This document shows, one piece after another, positions 17,820 through 34,194 of a stretch of DNA of 64,000 nucleotides. Location of the stretch: the NCBI RefSeq assembly GCF_009914755.1, contig NC_060925.1. One strand, given 5' to 3'. The translations under genes and the position numbers were made by a program. Position 1 is the stretch's first letter. The number at the start of each line of letters is the position of its first letter. The notes beneath the pieces are model-generated. The model had not been told where the DNA came from. It did no database searches and worked only from the letters and a program-made list of their open reading frames with translations. The stretch comes from the human T2T-CHM13v2.0 reference genome, Homo sapiens.

Positions 17820-18961
17820 TAGTAGAGAAAGGGTTTCTCCATGTTGGTCAGGCTGGTCTCGCACTCCCGACCTCAGGTGATCTGCCTGCCTCGGCTTCCC
17901 AAATTGCTGGGATTACAGGCATGAGCCACCACGCCCGGCCTAAAACTATCAACACTAACAGGAATTTGAAAGAAGTTGATTATAACTTTCATACATGACC
18001 TTTGACAGGTTCAAGGTTTCAATGGAGGAAATGACTGCAAAAGTGGTAGAAACAGCAAGAAAACTACAATTAGAAGGGAGCCTGGGCAAGGCACAGCTGG
18101 GATCCCAGCACTGTAATCCCAGCACTTTGGGAGGCTGAGACAGGAGGATCACTTGAGCCCAGGAGTTCGAGACCAACCTGGACAACAAAGTGAGACCCTA
18201 TCTCTACAGAAAATAAAAAAAAAAATTAGTTGGGCACGGTGGCATGCACCTCACTCAGGAGAGTGAGGTGAGGGGATCGCATGAGCCCAGGAGTTTGAGG
18301 CTACAATGAGCTACGATCATGCCACTGCACTCCAGCTTGGGTGACAGACCACAACTGAGTCTCTTTAAAAAACAAACAAAAAACAAAAATTTGAATGGAT
18401 AAGGAGTTGCTTCTTATGGATGAGCAAAGAAAGTGGTTTCTTGAGATGGAATCTACTCCTGGTAAGATGCTGTGAACACTGTTGAAATGACACCAGAAGA
18501 TTTAGAATATTCCATAAACTTGAGTTGACAAAGCAGCAGGGTTTGAAAGAAATGACACCAATGTTGAAAGCAGTTCTACTGTGGATAAAATGGTATTAAA
18601 CAGTACCGCATGCTATATGAAAATCTTTCATGAAAGGAGAGTCAATCCATGTGGCAAACTTCATCATCTTATTTTAAGAAACTGCCAGGTTGGGCAGGCG
18701 CAGTGGCTCATGCCTGTAATCTCAAAAAAAAAAAAAAATTGCCAGGTTACCCCAACCTTCAGCAACCACCACACTAATGGGTGAGCAGTCATCCACATGG
18801 AGGCAAGACACTCTACCAGCTAAAAGATAATGACTTGCTGAAGGCTCAGATGATTGTTAGTACTTTTTAGCAAGAAAGTGTTTTTTATTTAAGATGTATT
18901 CATTGTTTTCTTAGACATAATCCTATTGCACTTAATAGACTACAGCATAATGTAAACATAA

Positions 18962-19316
<355 letters not shown>

Positions 19317-19736
19317 TGACTTGCTTTATTGCAATATTTGCTTTATTGTGGTGGTCTGGAATGGAACATACAAAATCTCTGAGGTATGTCTATACTTTAG
19401 AAAAGTACACAGTAAGGCAGTGGCTTGTGTGTGTAATCCCAGTGACACAAGAGGATCATTGGAGGCTGAGAGTTTGAGACCATCCTGGGAGACTCATCTC
19501 TAAAAAAAAATTTGTTTTTTTTTTTTTTTTTTTAGACAGTCTGTCACCCAGGCTGGAGTGCAGTGGCACAGCCTCGGCTCACTGCAAGCCTCCCAGGTTC
19601 AAGTGATTCTCATGCCTCAGCCTTCCAAGTAGCTGAGATTACAGGTGTTCGCCACCATACTCGGCTAATTTTTGTATTTTTAGTAGAGACGAGGTTTCTC
19701 CATGTTGGCCAGGCTAGTCTTGAACTCCTGACCTCA

Positions 19737-19829
<93 letters not shown>

Positions 19830-20361
19830 TCAGCCAGGCATGGTGACTGAAGTGGGAAGATCATTTGAGCCCAGGAGTTTGAGGCTGCAGTGAGCTATGA
19901 TTGCGCCACTCTACTCCAGCCTGGGTGACAGAGCAAGACCCTGTCTCTTAAGTACACATAGCAAGATATACACATTTAAGTTGATATACTACAGTATTCT
20001 AAGTTTTGAGATATATTCACGTGCACTGATAGTATATGACAAAACAACAAAATTCAATAACCTAGAGCTAGAGTTTGGGGTGCCATCATTACCTTGGCTC
20101 CTTGAATTGACAATTATACAAACAGCTGAAAGTAAGTCAAATAATTTCCCCTTACTATACATTAATGATTCAAGAAAGAAACTGACCCATCAGAGGTTGT
20201 GAGAAACCAGAACCCAGATACCTGAATGTCTGAGGTAAGTCTTTCCTAATAGATAGCTTGAGAATTCTGACCAATCTATCCACGGCTACTCTTTGTCTTT
20301 ACTAATCTATAAACCTCAACTTTATGCACTCACAACCATGCCTCCCTCAAAATCCAATGTA

Positions 20362-20870
20362 AAATGGACGAACTTTGAAAACATTATGCGAGTAAAATAA
20401 ACCAGACACAAAAGGATAAATATTGTATGGTTCCACATATATGAGGTACCTAGAGATAGAAAGTATAATAGAGGGCTGAGCATGGTGGCAAGTGCCTATA
20501 ATTCTAGCTACTTGGGAGGCTGGTGTGGGAGGAATGCTTGAGTGTCAGGAGTTGAAGACTAGCCTAGGCAACAGAGTAAGATGCCCTTATCTCAAAAACA
20601 ACAACAACAAAAACAAACAAAAAACCCCAAAAACAAAACAAACAAAAAAAAAAAACACAGTAGAATAGAGGTTTCCAGCTAAGGTAGGGGTGGGGAGTGA
20701 GGGGTGATTGTTTAATGGGAACAGAGTCTCTGGGATGAAGAAAAAGTTCTGCAAGTAGATAGTGGTGATGGTTGCAAAACAATGTGAATGTACTTAAATC
20801 CACTGAATTATATACTTACAAATGGTTAAGATGGTAAATTTCATGTTACATATATTTTACCACAACAAAA
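20362..20870 (+). mobile_element. L1MB 3' end interrupted by an Alu monomer
   Basis: gaactttgaaaacattatg...ccagacacaaaaggataaatattgtatg...ggtaaatttcatgttacatatattttaccaca. Confidence 0.75.
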
Positions 20871-23047
20871 TTGCAAAAACAAAATCCAACATAACTGATT
20901 ACGGAAGGGTACACGTGATCTTTTTAGGGTGATCGGAAATGTTCTTCTAAAACAGACTGTTGTGATGGTTGCACAACTTTGTAAATATACTAAAAAAAAA
21001 TTCTACAGTTAAATTATGTCCCCTATTATAAAACTGTAAAAATAATATTCACTGAAAACTTATCACATAAATATTCCTCTGCAAAAAAAAGAAAATTTTG
21101 TAAAATGAATGTTGCATATTGCCTTTTAATGCCTAACCAATCTTTTTTTGTTTCTTCTGTGATCCTAATAATAACAAATACTATTTCTTAACCACCCACT
21201 TAAATCCAAACATGCTATTGGACACTTTATCACGTATTCTTACTTATATATTTTTTTTCTCCATTCCAGTTGGAGAAGAAACTTACTTAAATCTTTTCAA
21301 CAAGCTACTAAGTAGGTAGTATTGTTTCTACTTCACAGGTGGGAAGAGATGTATCCCAACTGCAAAGCTTTAGAAAGTAAATCTGGAATTACAACACAGG
21401 TCTAGCTCATTTCCAAAATCTATTACACAGTACAACACCCTTCTCAGAGCCAGACATCTTAAGAAGCAAGTACTGTGTATTCATGTATCTGCACATCTAT
21501 CCATCCATCCACCCCACAAATATTAATCATACACTATGTGTCAAAGTCAGACATTAGGAGTAAAGATTTTTGGAAAACGACTAGATTACTGTTTTCCAGA
21601 ATTTCATTCCAATAGAAAGATGTGCATATAACAAAAATACATAATTGGATGTTTACATGAACTCATTTTCTCTGCCTTTTTTTTTGTTTTGAGATGGAGT
21701 TTTTGCTCTGTTGCCCAGGCTGGAGTGCAATGGCACAATCTCAGCTCACTGCAAAGAGACGCGCCCTGCCTCTTTTTTTTTCCCCCTTTTTTGAGTCTCA
21801 CTCTGTCATCCAGTCTGGAGTACAGTGGTGCAATCATGGCTCACTGAAGCCTGGGCCCCCGGGTTCAAGCGACTCTCATGCCTCGGCCTCCTGAGTAGCT
21901 GGAACTACAGATGCGAGCCACCATGTGCATATTTTCTCTTTTACATTCAGAGGAAGAAAATAGAATTGATAGGAGTTGGTGACTTAGATTTGGGGTCAGA
22001 GAAAAGGATTATTTCCTGGCTTCAGCTTTTGCCTTTGGGTGAATTTTCTCTTTACTGAAATGTGAGGATGAAAAGCAGTATATAAGAAGGCAGAGGCTGG
22101 ACACAGTGGCTCACGCCTGTAATCCTAACACTTTGGGAGGCCAAGGATGGCAGATCACTTGAGGCTGGGAGTTCGAGATCAGCCTGGCCAGCATGGCAAA
22201 AGCTTGTCTCTACTAAAAATACAAAAATTGCCGGGTGTGGTGGTGCATGCCTGTAATCCCAGCTACTCAGGTGGCTGAGGCATGAGAATCACTTGAACCT
22301 GGGAGGCAGAGGTTGCAGTGAACTGAGATCAGGTCACTTCACTCCAGCCTGGGTGACAGAACGAGACCCTGTCTCAAAAAAAAAAAAAAAAAAAAAAAGA
22401 AAGTTTAAGGAAGAGAGTAGTTGTGTCAAACAACTAGAGCAGAAAAAGAAAAATGTCCAACTTTAAACTTGCTGTTGGACTCCTATAAGAAACAAGAATG
22501 CCAAATGAAATAGCTCTACATTCATGCTTGTAAAGTTTCTGACAACATTAAACCAAAACCTGGATTTGCAGCAAAGACTTAAGAGGATCCTGAGAGGCAG
22601 ACAGAGGATAGGGGAATGAAGAGGGTGAACAAAATAAATTAACATATATAGGAGTACCTGGTCTTCACAAGGCAATGTACAAGGCCCTTTATATTTGTTC
22701 TTTGTTCTTCCATCACATCAGAGAACAGAAAAATCTAAATTGTTAGCTAGGTTGGAAAACCTCTAATTCTCAAAAATGATGAAAGTGAAGCCTATAGTTA
22801 TATAATGTAACTTAAAAGTTTAAAGTAGTAATAGTCTAAAAGATCATAAGATGGTTATGTTACTTATGAAAAGTTATCAGTATTTATAATGAAGGAGACA
22901 ACAGTCTTAGTATTTAACACATAAAAAGTAAGTTTAAAAAACTGTTTTGAAGGCTGGGTGCAGTGGCTCACACCTGTAATCCCAGCATTTTGGGAGGCCA
23001 AAGCAGGCAGATCACTTGAGGTTAGGAGTTTGAAACCAGCCTGACTA

Positions 23048-23266
<219 letters not shown>

Positions 23267-23280
23267 CTAAGTAGAAATGA

Positions 23281-23424
<144 letters not shown>

Positions 23425-23482
23425 TAGCTGGGATTACAGGCACCTGCCATCACGCCCGGCTAATTTTTTGTATTTTTAGTAG

Positions 23483-23760
<278 letters not shown>

Positions 23761-24434
23761 TAGCTAATTTTGTATTTTTAGTAGAGACAGGGTTTCTCTG
23801 TGTTGGTGAAGCTGGTCTCGAACTCCCGACCTCAGGTGATCCACCCGCCTCAGCCTCCCAAAGTGCTGAGACTACAGGTGTGAGCCACTGGGCCCAGCCG
23901 AAAATACATTCTTAAAAAAATACTTTCATAAGTTCTAGTTTATCTTTTTAACATCTAAAAACTTTGAAGTAAATATTAATAAGCAGAAAATTTTCATTTT
24001 TATGTTTCCACTATTTTTTCTGATTTGTCTCAAATGGTCACAGAGAATTTTACTGTGCACACTGAAGAGATTGTTCTTATTATAAAATATTTCAAAGATG
24101 GAGATAGGCCGGGCACGGTGGCTCACGCCTGTAATCCCAGCACTCTGGGAGGCCGAGGAGAGCGGATCATGTGGTCAGGCGATCAAGACCATCCTGGCTG
24201 ACACGGTGAAACCCCGTCTCTACTAAAAATAGAAAAAGTTAGCCGGGCGTGGTGGCATGTGCCTGTAGTCTGAGCTACTCAGGAAGCTGAAGCAGGAGAA
24301 TGGCGTGAACCCAGGAGGCCGAGGTTGCAGTGAACCGAGATCAGGCCACTGCACTCCAGCCTGGGTGACAGAGGAAGACTCCGTCTCAAAAAAAAAAAAA
24401 AAAAGAAAAAAAGAAAAAAAAAGATGGAGATAAA

Positions 24435-25660
24435 GAAGATCTCATGTACCCTTTATCTAGTTTCCCCCAATGGTAACATCTTGCAAAACTATAGTACCAT
24501 ATCACCAGCAGGATATCAACATTGATACAATAAGCAGATCTTCAGATTTCCCATTTTATTAGTATTCATTTGTATGTACTTAGTTCTACACAATTTTGTC
24601 ACATTTGTAAGTTCATGTATCCATCATCACAGTTAAGAAACAGCACCGTTCCATCACCTCAAGGAGCCCTCGTGTTAACTGTTTTATAACAACATCTACC
24701 CTATCCCCTCCCATCTCCTGCCACATTCATTCCTAACTCCTAGAAGCCACTAATCTGTTCTCCATTTCTAAAATGTTTGCTTTTCAAACTATTATAAAGT
24801 TGGAATCATAGAGTATGTAACTTTTAGGACTGGCCTTTTTCACTTAGGATAATTTCACTGAGATTCATCGAAGTGGCTGCAAGTACCAACAGTTTATTCC
24901 TTTTTATTGCTGAGTAGTATTCCATGGTATGGATGTACCATGGTTTATTTACTCACTGAAGGACATCTGAGTTGTTTTCCGTTTTTGGCTATTAGGAATA
25001 CAGCTGCTATGAACATTCATGGGAAAGTTTTTGTAGAAAAGTTTTCATTTATCTGGGATAAATGCCTAAGTGTGCAACTGCTGAGTCATATGGTAAGTGA
25101 ATGTTCGGTTTTATAAGAAACTGCCAATCTGTTTTCCAGAGTAGCTATACCATCATATATTCCCAGATGCAATGTATGAGAAATCCAGGTTTTTCACACC
25201 CTCACCAGCATTTGGTGGTGTCATTTTTATTACTGTTATTTAATAGATGGGGTCTCACTATGTTACCCAGGCTGGAGTGCAGTGGCTATTCATAGGCACC
25301 ATCTTAACAATCTGCAGCCTCAAATTCCTAGCCTCATTCCATCCTCCTACCTCAGCCACTAGAGGAGAAGCGACTTGAAGTGTGTGCCACTGCACCTGGC
25401 TGGTGTCATTATTTCTTACTTAAGCCATTTGGATAGGTGTGTGGTAATATTTCATTGTGGTTTCAATTTTCATTTCCCTAATGGCTAATGATGTTCTTTT
25501 TACATGTTTATTTGCCATCTGTAATTCTCTTCTGTGAAACTTCTGTTCATGTCTTTTGCTCATTTCCTAACCGAGCTCTTTGCTGTTCCTTTTTACTGTT
25601 GAGTTTTGAGAGTTCTTTATGTATTTTAGATACTAGTTGTTAGTCATCTATGTGGTCTCC
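24435..25660 (-). mobile_element. L1MC/L1MB 3' region
   Basis: tttcccccaatggtaacatcttgcaaaactatagtac; ttttattgctgagtagtattccatggtatggatgtacc. Confidence 0.75.
25226..25400 (-). mobile_element. FAM inserted in an old L1
   Basis: FAM signature gagtgcagtggctattcatagg; TSD tggtgtcatt at 25216-25225 and 25401-25410. Confidence 0.78.
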
Positions 25661-25814
25661 TATTTTTAGTGAGACAAAACATTAGATAAATCTGAAGCAC
25701 TGTGTAACTTCACTCTCAACCCTTTCTCGCCCTCTCTCCTCCTTCAGATGTTGTTTCCATTCTCATAAATATTAAATAAGTTTATTGCATATACATGTAA
25801 TCATTAATATATAG

Positions 25815-26846
<1,032 letters not shown>

Positions 26847-26999
26847 TAAAATTTGTCCAAGTAACTGCATAAAGCTCTACTTCATTTGTTTTAACTGCTG
26901 TGTAGAATCCCACAGCAGGAATATACAATTAGTTATCCATTCTCCACCTCAACATTTAGGGATCAATTTGTTGATGTTAAAACCAATGCTGCAATTTCC

Positions 27000-28545
27000 A
27001 CTTCTGGTCAAGATGATTCAACAGAGACCAGAGATTTACCCTCTCACCTAAAAGAACCACCACCACCACCAAAAAAAAAAAAAAAAAAACCCAAACAAAA
27101 ACCATAAAAACAAGGGTTTTGAAAACAATGGACATCAGGCAACAATGGACAGTGATCCCAGAGTGACAAGAAGCAAATGAAGTGAGCTCTACAACTGGCC
27201 TGGCTTATTGCCTTAAGAGAGTTTCCAGGACATGATGCAGGAGGGGAGGGAGATTGAGGCACAGCCTGAGAAACTCCTGAGTTGAAGAGATGGAGCAGAG
27301 AACATAATGAGATAATGGCAGCCAGATTTCAAAGGACAGAGTATCACAGCAGAGAAAGCTGCAGAGAAAGTCTCAGAAGCCCAGAGATCTGCAAAATGAT
27401 CCCCTCAAATACTGAGGATATCAGAGTGCTGATCAGCACATGTGACTGAGGAAACTATCCAAGACTGGGGGAAAAAAAAACATATGAAAGGAATGGAGCA
27501 AGCACTACCCAGAACTCACATGGGGCCAGGAATAGTGCCTGTTCTTAGTAGCCAGATTAGAAAAACTCAATTTATGGGGTATCGGGTAGAGTGCACAGGA
27601 AAGTCCTACCTTAGCACTAGGGAATTTTTAGCCCTAAACTAAGTACTGCTTAGTTTAAGTACTGGCCTAACAAATTATAAAAAAAAAAAAAAAAAGCAAA
27701 GTTGACAAATACAATAACTGAATTGCAAATCAACCCTCAAGATTTATAGGAATAAAAATAATCCAGCACCCAAAAATATAAAATTCACAATATCTGGAAT
27801 TTGATTAAAGATTAACAGGCTTGGAATACTATGCAGCCATAAAAAATGATGAGTTCATATCCTTTGTAGGGACATGGATGAAATTGGAAATCATCATTCT
27901 CAGTAAACTATCGCAAGAACAAAAAACCAAACACCATATATTCTCACTCATAGGTGGGAATTGAACAATGAGATCACATGGACACATGAAGGGGAATACC
28001 ACACTCTGGGGACTGTGGTGGGGTGGGGGGAGGGGGGAGGGATAGCATTGGGAGATATACCTAAGGCTAGATGACGAGTTAGTGGGTGCAGCCCACCAGC
28101 ATGGCACATGTATACATACGTAACTAACCTGCACAATGTGCACATGTACCCTAAAACTTAAAGTATAATAAAAAAAAAAAAGATTAACAGGCTTGCAAAG
28201 AGGCAAGAAAACATGACCCCTAATGAGAAGAATAATCAATCAGAAGAAATCTATTTACCCAGAACTAATTCTGTTAGAATTAAAATGACTTTAAAACAGA
28301 TATTAATATTGTAACTGCATTCCATATTTTCAAAAAGTTACGCAGAGAAATGGAAGATGTACAAAAAGACTCAAATCAAACTTCTAGAGATGAAAACCAG
28401 TGTCTGAGATGAAAACTACAATGGATATAACAATAGTGTGGTACTGGCTTAAAGACAGATATGTGATCAATGGAAAAAAACTCAGAAATACACCCTAATA
28501 TTTACGGTCAATTGATTTTTCAACAAGGGTGCCAAAACAGTTCAA
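27000..28545 (+). mobile_element. Old L1M 5' end / ORF1-start fragment hosting a young L1PA
   Basis: cacttctggtcaagatg start; aaattcacaatatctgg...gcaaagaggcaagaaaacatgaccc; caaatcaaacttctagagatgaaaac. Confidence 0.65.
27824..28178 (+). mobile_element. L1PA2-type 5'-truncated insertion
   Basis: Near-consensus young L1 3' UTR with gatgacGAGttag (not the Ta ACA or pre-Ta ACG) and gcacaatgtg...aaacttaaag. Perfect 17-bp TSD aaagattaacaggcttg (27807-27823, 28179-28195). Confidence 0.88.
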
Positions 28546-28703
28546 TGAGAATTGCTCAAGCACAGGAGGCTGAGGCTGCAGTGAGCCTGATCAAGCCACT
28601 GAACTTCTGCCTGGACAACAGAGCCAGACCCTGTATCAGTAAAAAAAAGAAAAAAAAAAAATTCCAGCCTATGCAAAATAGTGATAGCCTGTCTCTACCA
28701 TTA

Positions 28704-29006
<303 letters not shown>

Positions 29007-31164
29007 CTATCTCAAAAAAATAAATAAATAAATAAATAAAAATTACCAGGCATGGTGGCATGCGTCCACAGTTCCAGCTACTCAGGAAGCTGAGGTGGAA
29101 GGATTGTTTAAGCTCTGGTGTTTGAGACTGCAGTTTACCATGATTGCACCATTGTACTCCACTGGATAATAGAGCAAGACACTATCTCTATAAACTACCG
29201 CCCCCCCCCGCCCCAAAACTGTTCCCTTAATAACTTTTTTTGCCTTAAAGTTTGTCTTATATTAGTATGGTGACATTAACTTTCTGGTTAATATTTACCT
29301 ACAACATTTTTTTCGTTGTTAATTTCAATTTCTACACCTTTATGTTTTCGACAGTATTTATCTGAATTTGTTTTTCCATTAAACCATTTCTAAAAAACTG
29401 ACTAGTTTACACTTCTCATGATCACTAACATATTTAGTTTTATTTCTACCATCTTCTGTTCTATTTACCTTGCTTGTTCTGTGCTTCCTTCTTGCTATGT
29501 TTGTTTTGAGACAGTCTCACTCTGTCACCCAGGCTGGGGTGCAGTGGTGTGAACCTGACTCACTGCAACCTCTGCCTCCGAGGTTCAAGTGATTCTTCTG
29601 CCTCAGCCTCCAAAGTAGCTGGGATTACAGGTGTGTGCCACCAGTGCCCAGCTAATCTTTTTGTATTTTTTTTGTAGAGATGGGGTTTCACCATATTGGC
29701 CACGCTGGACTCGAACTCCTGGCCTCAAGTGATCCGCCCATCTCAGCCTCCTAAAGTGCTAGGATTACAGGCATTAGCCACCGTGTCCAACCCCTTCTTG
29801 TTCTTTGCGTTCTTTTTTTTTTTTTTTTTTTTTTGAGATGGAGTCTCACTCTGTCGCCCAGGCTGGAATGCAGTCGCGCGATCTCGGCTCACTGCAATCT
29901 CCGCCTCCTGGGTTCAAGCAATTCTCTGCCTCAGCCTCCCGAGTAGCTGGGATTACAGGCATCCGCCACCACTCCTGGCTAATTTTTGTATTTTTAGTAG
30001 AGACGGGGTTTCACCAGGTTGGCCAGGCTGGTCTCGAACTTCTGACCTCGTGATCCACCTGCTGCGGCCTCCCCAAGTGCTGGGATTACAGGCGTGAGCC
30101 ACCGCACCTGGCCCTTCTTGCTCTTTTATGCCTTCTATTAAATTCTTATTTTTTATTTCAGTCCTATCTCATTTTTAGTTCCAACGAATTAGTCATGATT
30201 AGTGTGTTACATACAGTCAAAGCTATTTTATTTTATTTTGACAGAGTATTGCTCTGTCACCCAGGTTGGAGTGCGATGGCACAATCTCCTGGCTCACTGC
30301 AACCTCTGCTTCCTGGTTTTAAGTGATTCTTGTGCCTCAGCCTCCCAAGTAACTGAGCCTACAGACGTGCACCACCACACCTGGCTAGTTTTTGTATTTT
30401 TAGTGGAGACAGGGTTTCGCCATGTTGGCCAGGCTGGTCTTGAACTCCTGGCCTCAAGTGATCCGCCTGCCTCAGCCTCCCAAAGTGCTGGGATTACAGG
30501 TCTGACCTACTGTGCCTGGCCTGGAACTTCTATTTTTAATGTCAGTATTTTTGCAACATTGTACTTAATTATTGTATTTAGTCCCTGACCTCTGAATGCT
30601 TACAGCTGAGAAACTAGACACACTTCTGTAGATAAGTAAAAAAGACCACATCTTTTTGAGATGGAGTCTCCCTCTATCACCCAGCCTGAAGCGCACTGGT
30701 AAAATCATAGCTTACTGCAGCCTCACTCCTGAACTCAAGTGATCCTCCTCTTTAGGCCTCCCAAAGCACTGAGATTACAGGCATGAATCACTGAGCCCGG
30801 CCTAATTTTCATTCCTTCACAGTAATCTATTTGGCTGCTTTCATAAGATCTTTGTCTTTAGTGTTATTCTTTCAGGATTCACTATTTTTTTTTTCCTTGA
30901 AGATTCATATACTTAGAAATTCTGTGAAATTTTCTGCTATTATCTCTTTGAATGTTGCTACTCTCCATTTTCTCTACCCTTCCCTAGAACTCCTATGAGA
31001 TATATCTTGGACCATCTCATTCTACTGTCCATGTCTCATCTCTTTTTTTCATATTTTCCATTTTTAATATATCTATGCTGCATTCTGTGTAATTTCTATT
31101 GTTCCTAATTTTCAACTGTGTTGGATATACTGTTTAACTTATATAACGAGTTAATTTGACTGAT

Positions 31165-31352
31165 CTGCTCCAAAGCAGATCAACTTTGGATGCATATTAG
31201 AATCATCTGAGTAACTGTAAAACAAACAAACATACTGATACCATGGTCCAATTCCCAAAGATTTGATTTAATCAGTCTGCCATTGAACTCATGCAGCTAT
31301 CCTTTAATAAATTCCCCAGTTAGTTCTATTATTTAGCCAGTGTTGAGAATCA
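31165..31352. mobile_element. MER5-type hAT MITE
   Basis: tgcatattagaatcatctg...ttccccagttagttctattatttagccagtgttgagaatca. Confidence 0.55.
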
Positions 31353-31429
31353 TCCCCTCACCATACCAACTTGGTATAGTATTTCTTACACCTTAGAAAA
31401 TTCTTCCCATGACTTCCTGTCGTATTCCA

Positions 31430-33244
<1,815 letters not shown>

Positions 33245-33531
33245 TAGTCCTGAGAGGTAGTGTATCTGTGACTCTTATTCATGGTAAATGAGCTGTTTTC
33301 TTATTTTTTGTCACTTTTGATTATGAGCCTTGTCACAATCAAGTGGGTTATTCAGTGGGATTTTATCTGTTAGAATCCTGTGTGGCTTAAACTGTGGATC
33401 TGTTCCTCCAGAGTAGCTTTACATATGCTTCTGCTGGTTACCCCAAGGGTATTATACAGGGTCCTGAATAATTTTTTTATATTCATTTCCCAGTTTGGGG
33501 ATCTCAGACCAAGCTGGTGATAATAATTTAA

Positions 33532-33678
<147 letters not shown>

Positions 33679-34194
33679 TGAGTAGCTGGGATTACAGGCA
33701 TCCGCCACCATACCCAGCTAATTTTTGTATTTTCAGTAGAGACCAGGTATCACTATGTTGGCGAGGGTGGTCTCGAACTCCTGACCTCAAGTGATCCGCC
33801 CACATCAGCCTCCCAAAATGCTGGGATTACAGGTGTGAGCCACTGCGCTCAGCCTAATAAGCCCATACTTAATTTTTAAAAAATTGTTTGTTGGCCAGGT
33901 GCGGTGGCTCACACCTGTAATCCCAGCACTTTGGGAGGCCTACGCAGGCGGATTGCTTGAGGTGAAGGAGTTTGAGACCAGCCTGGCCAACATAGTGAAA
34001 CTTCGTCTCTACTAAATAAACAAAAATTAGCCAGGCGTGGTGGTGTGCGCCTATAATCTCAGCTACTCAGGAGGCTGCGGCAGGAGAATCGCTTGAACCT
34101 AGGAGGCGGAGGTTGCAGTGAGCCGGGAACGCGCCACTACACTACAGCCTGGGTGACAGAGCAAGACTCCACCTCAAAAAAAAAAAAGTTTTTT

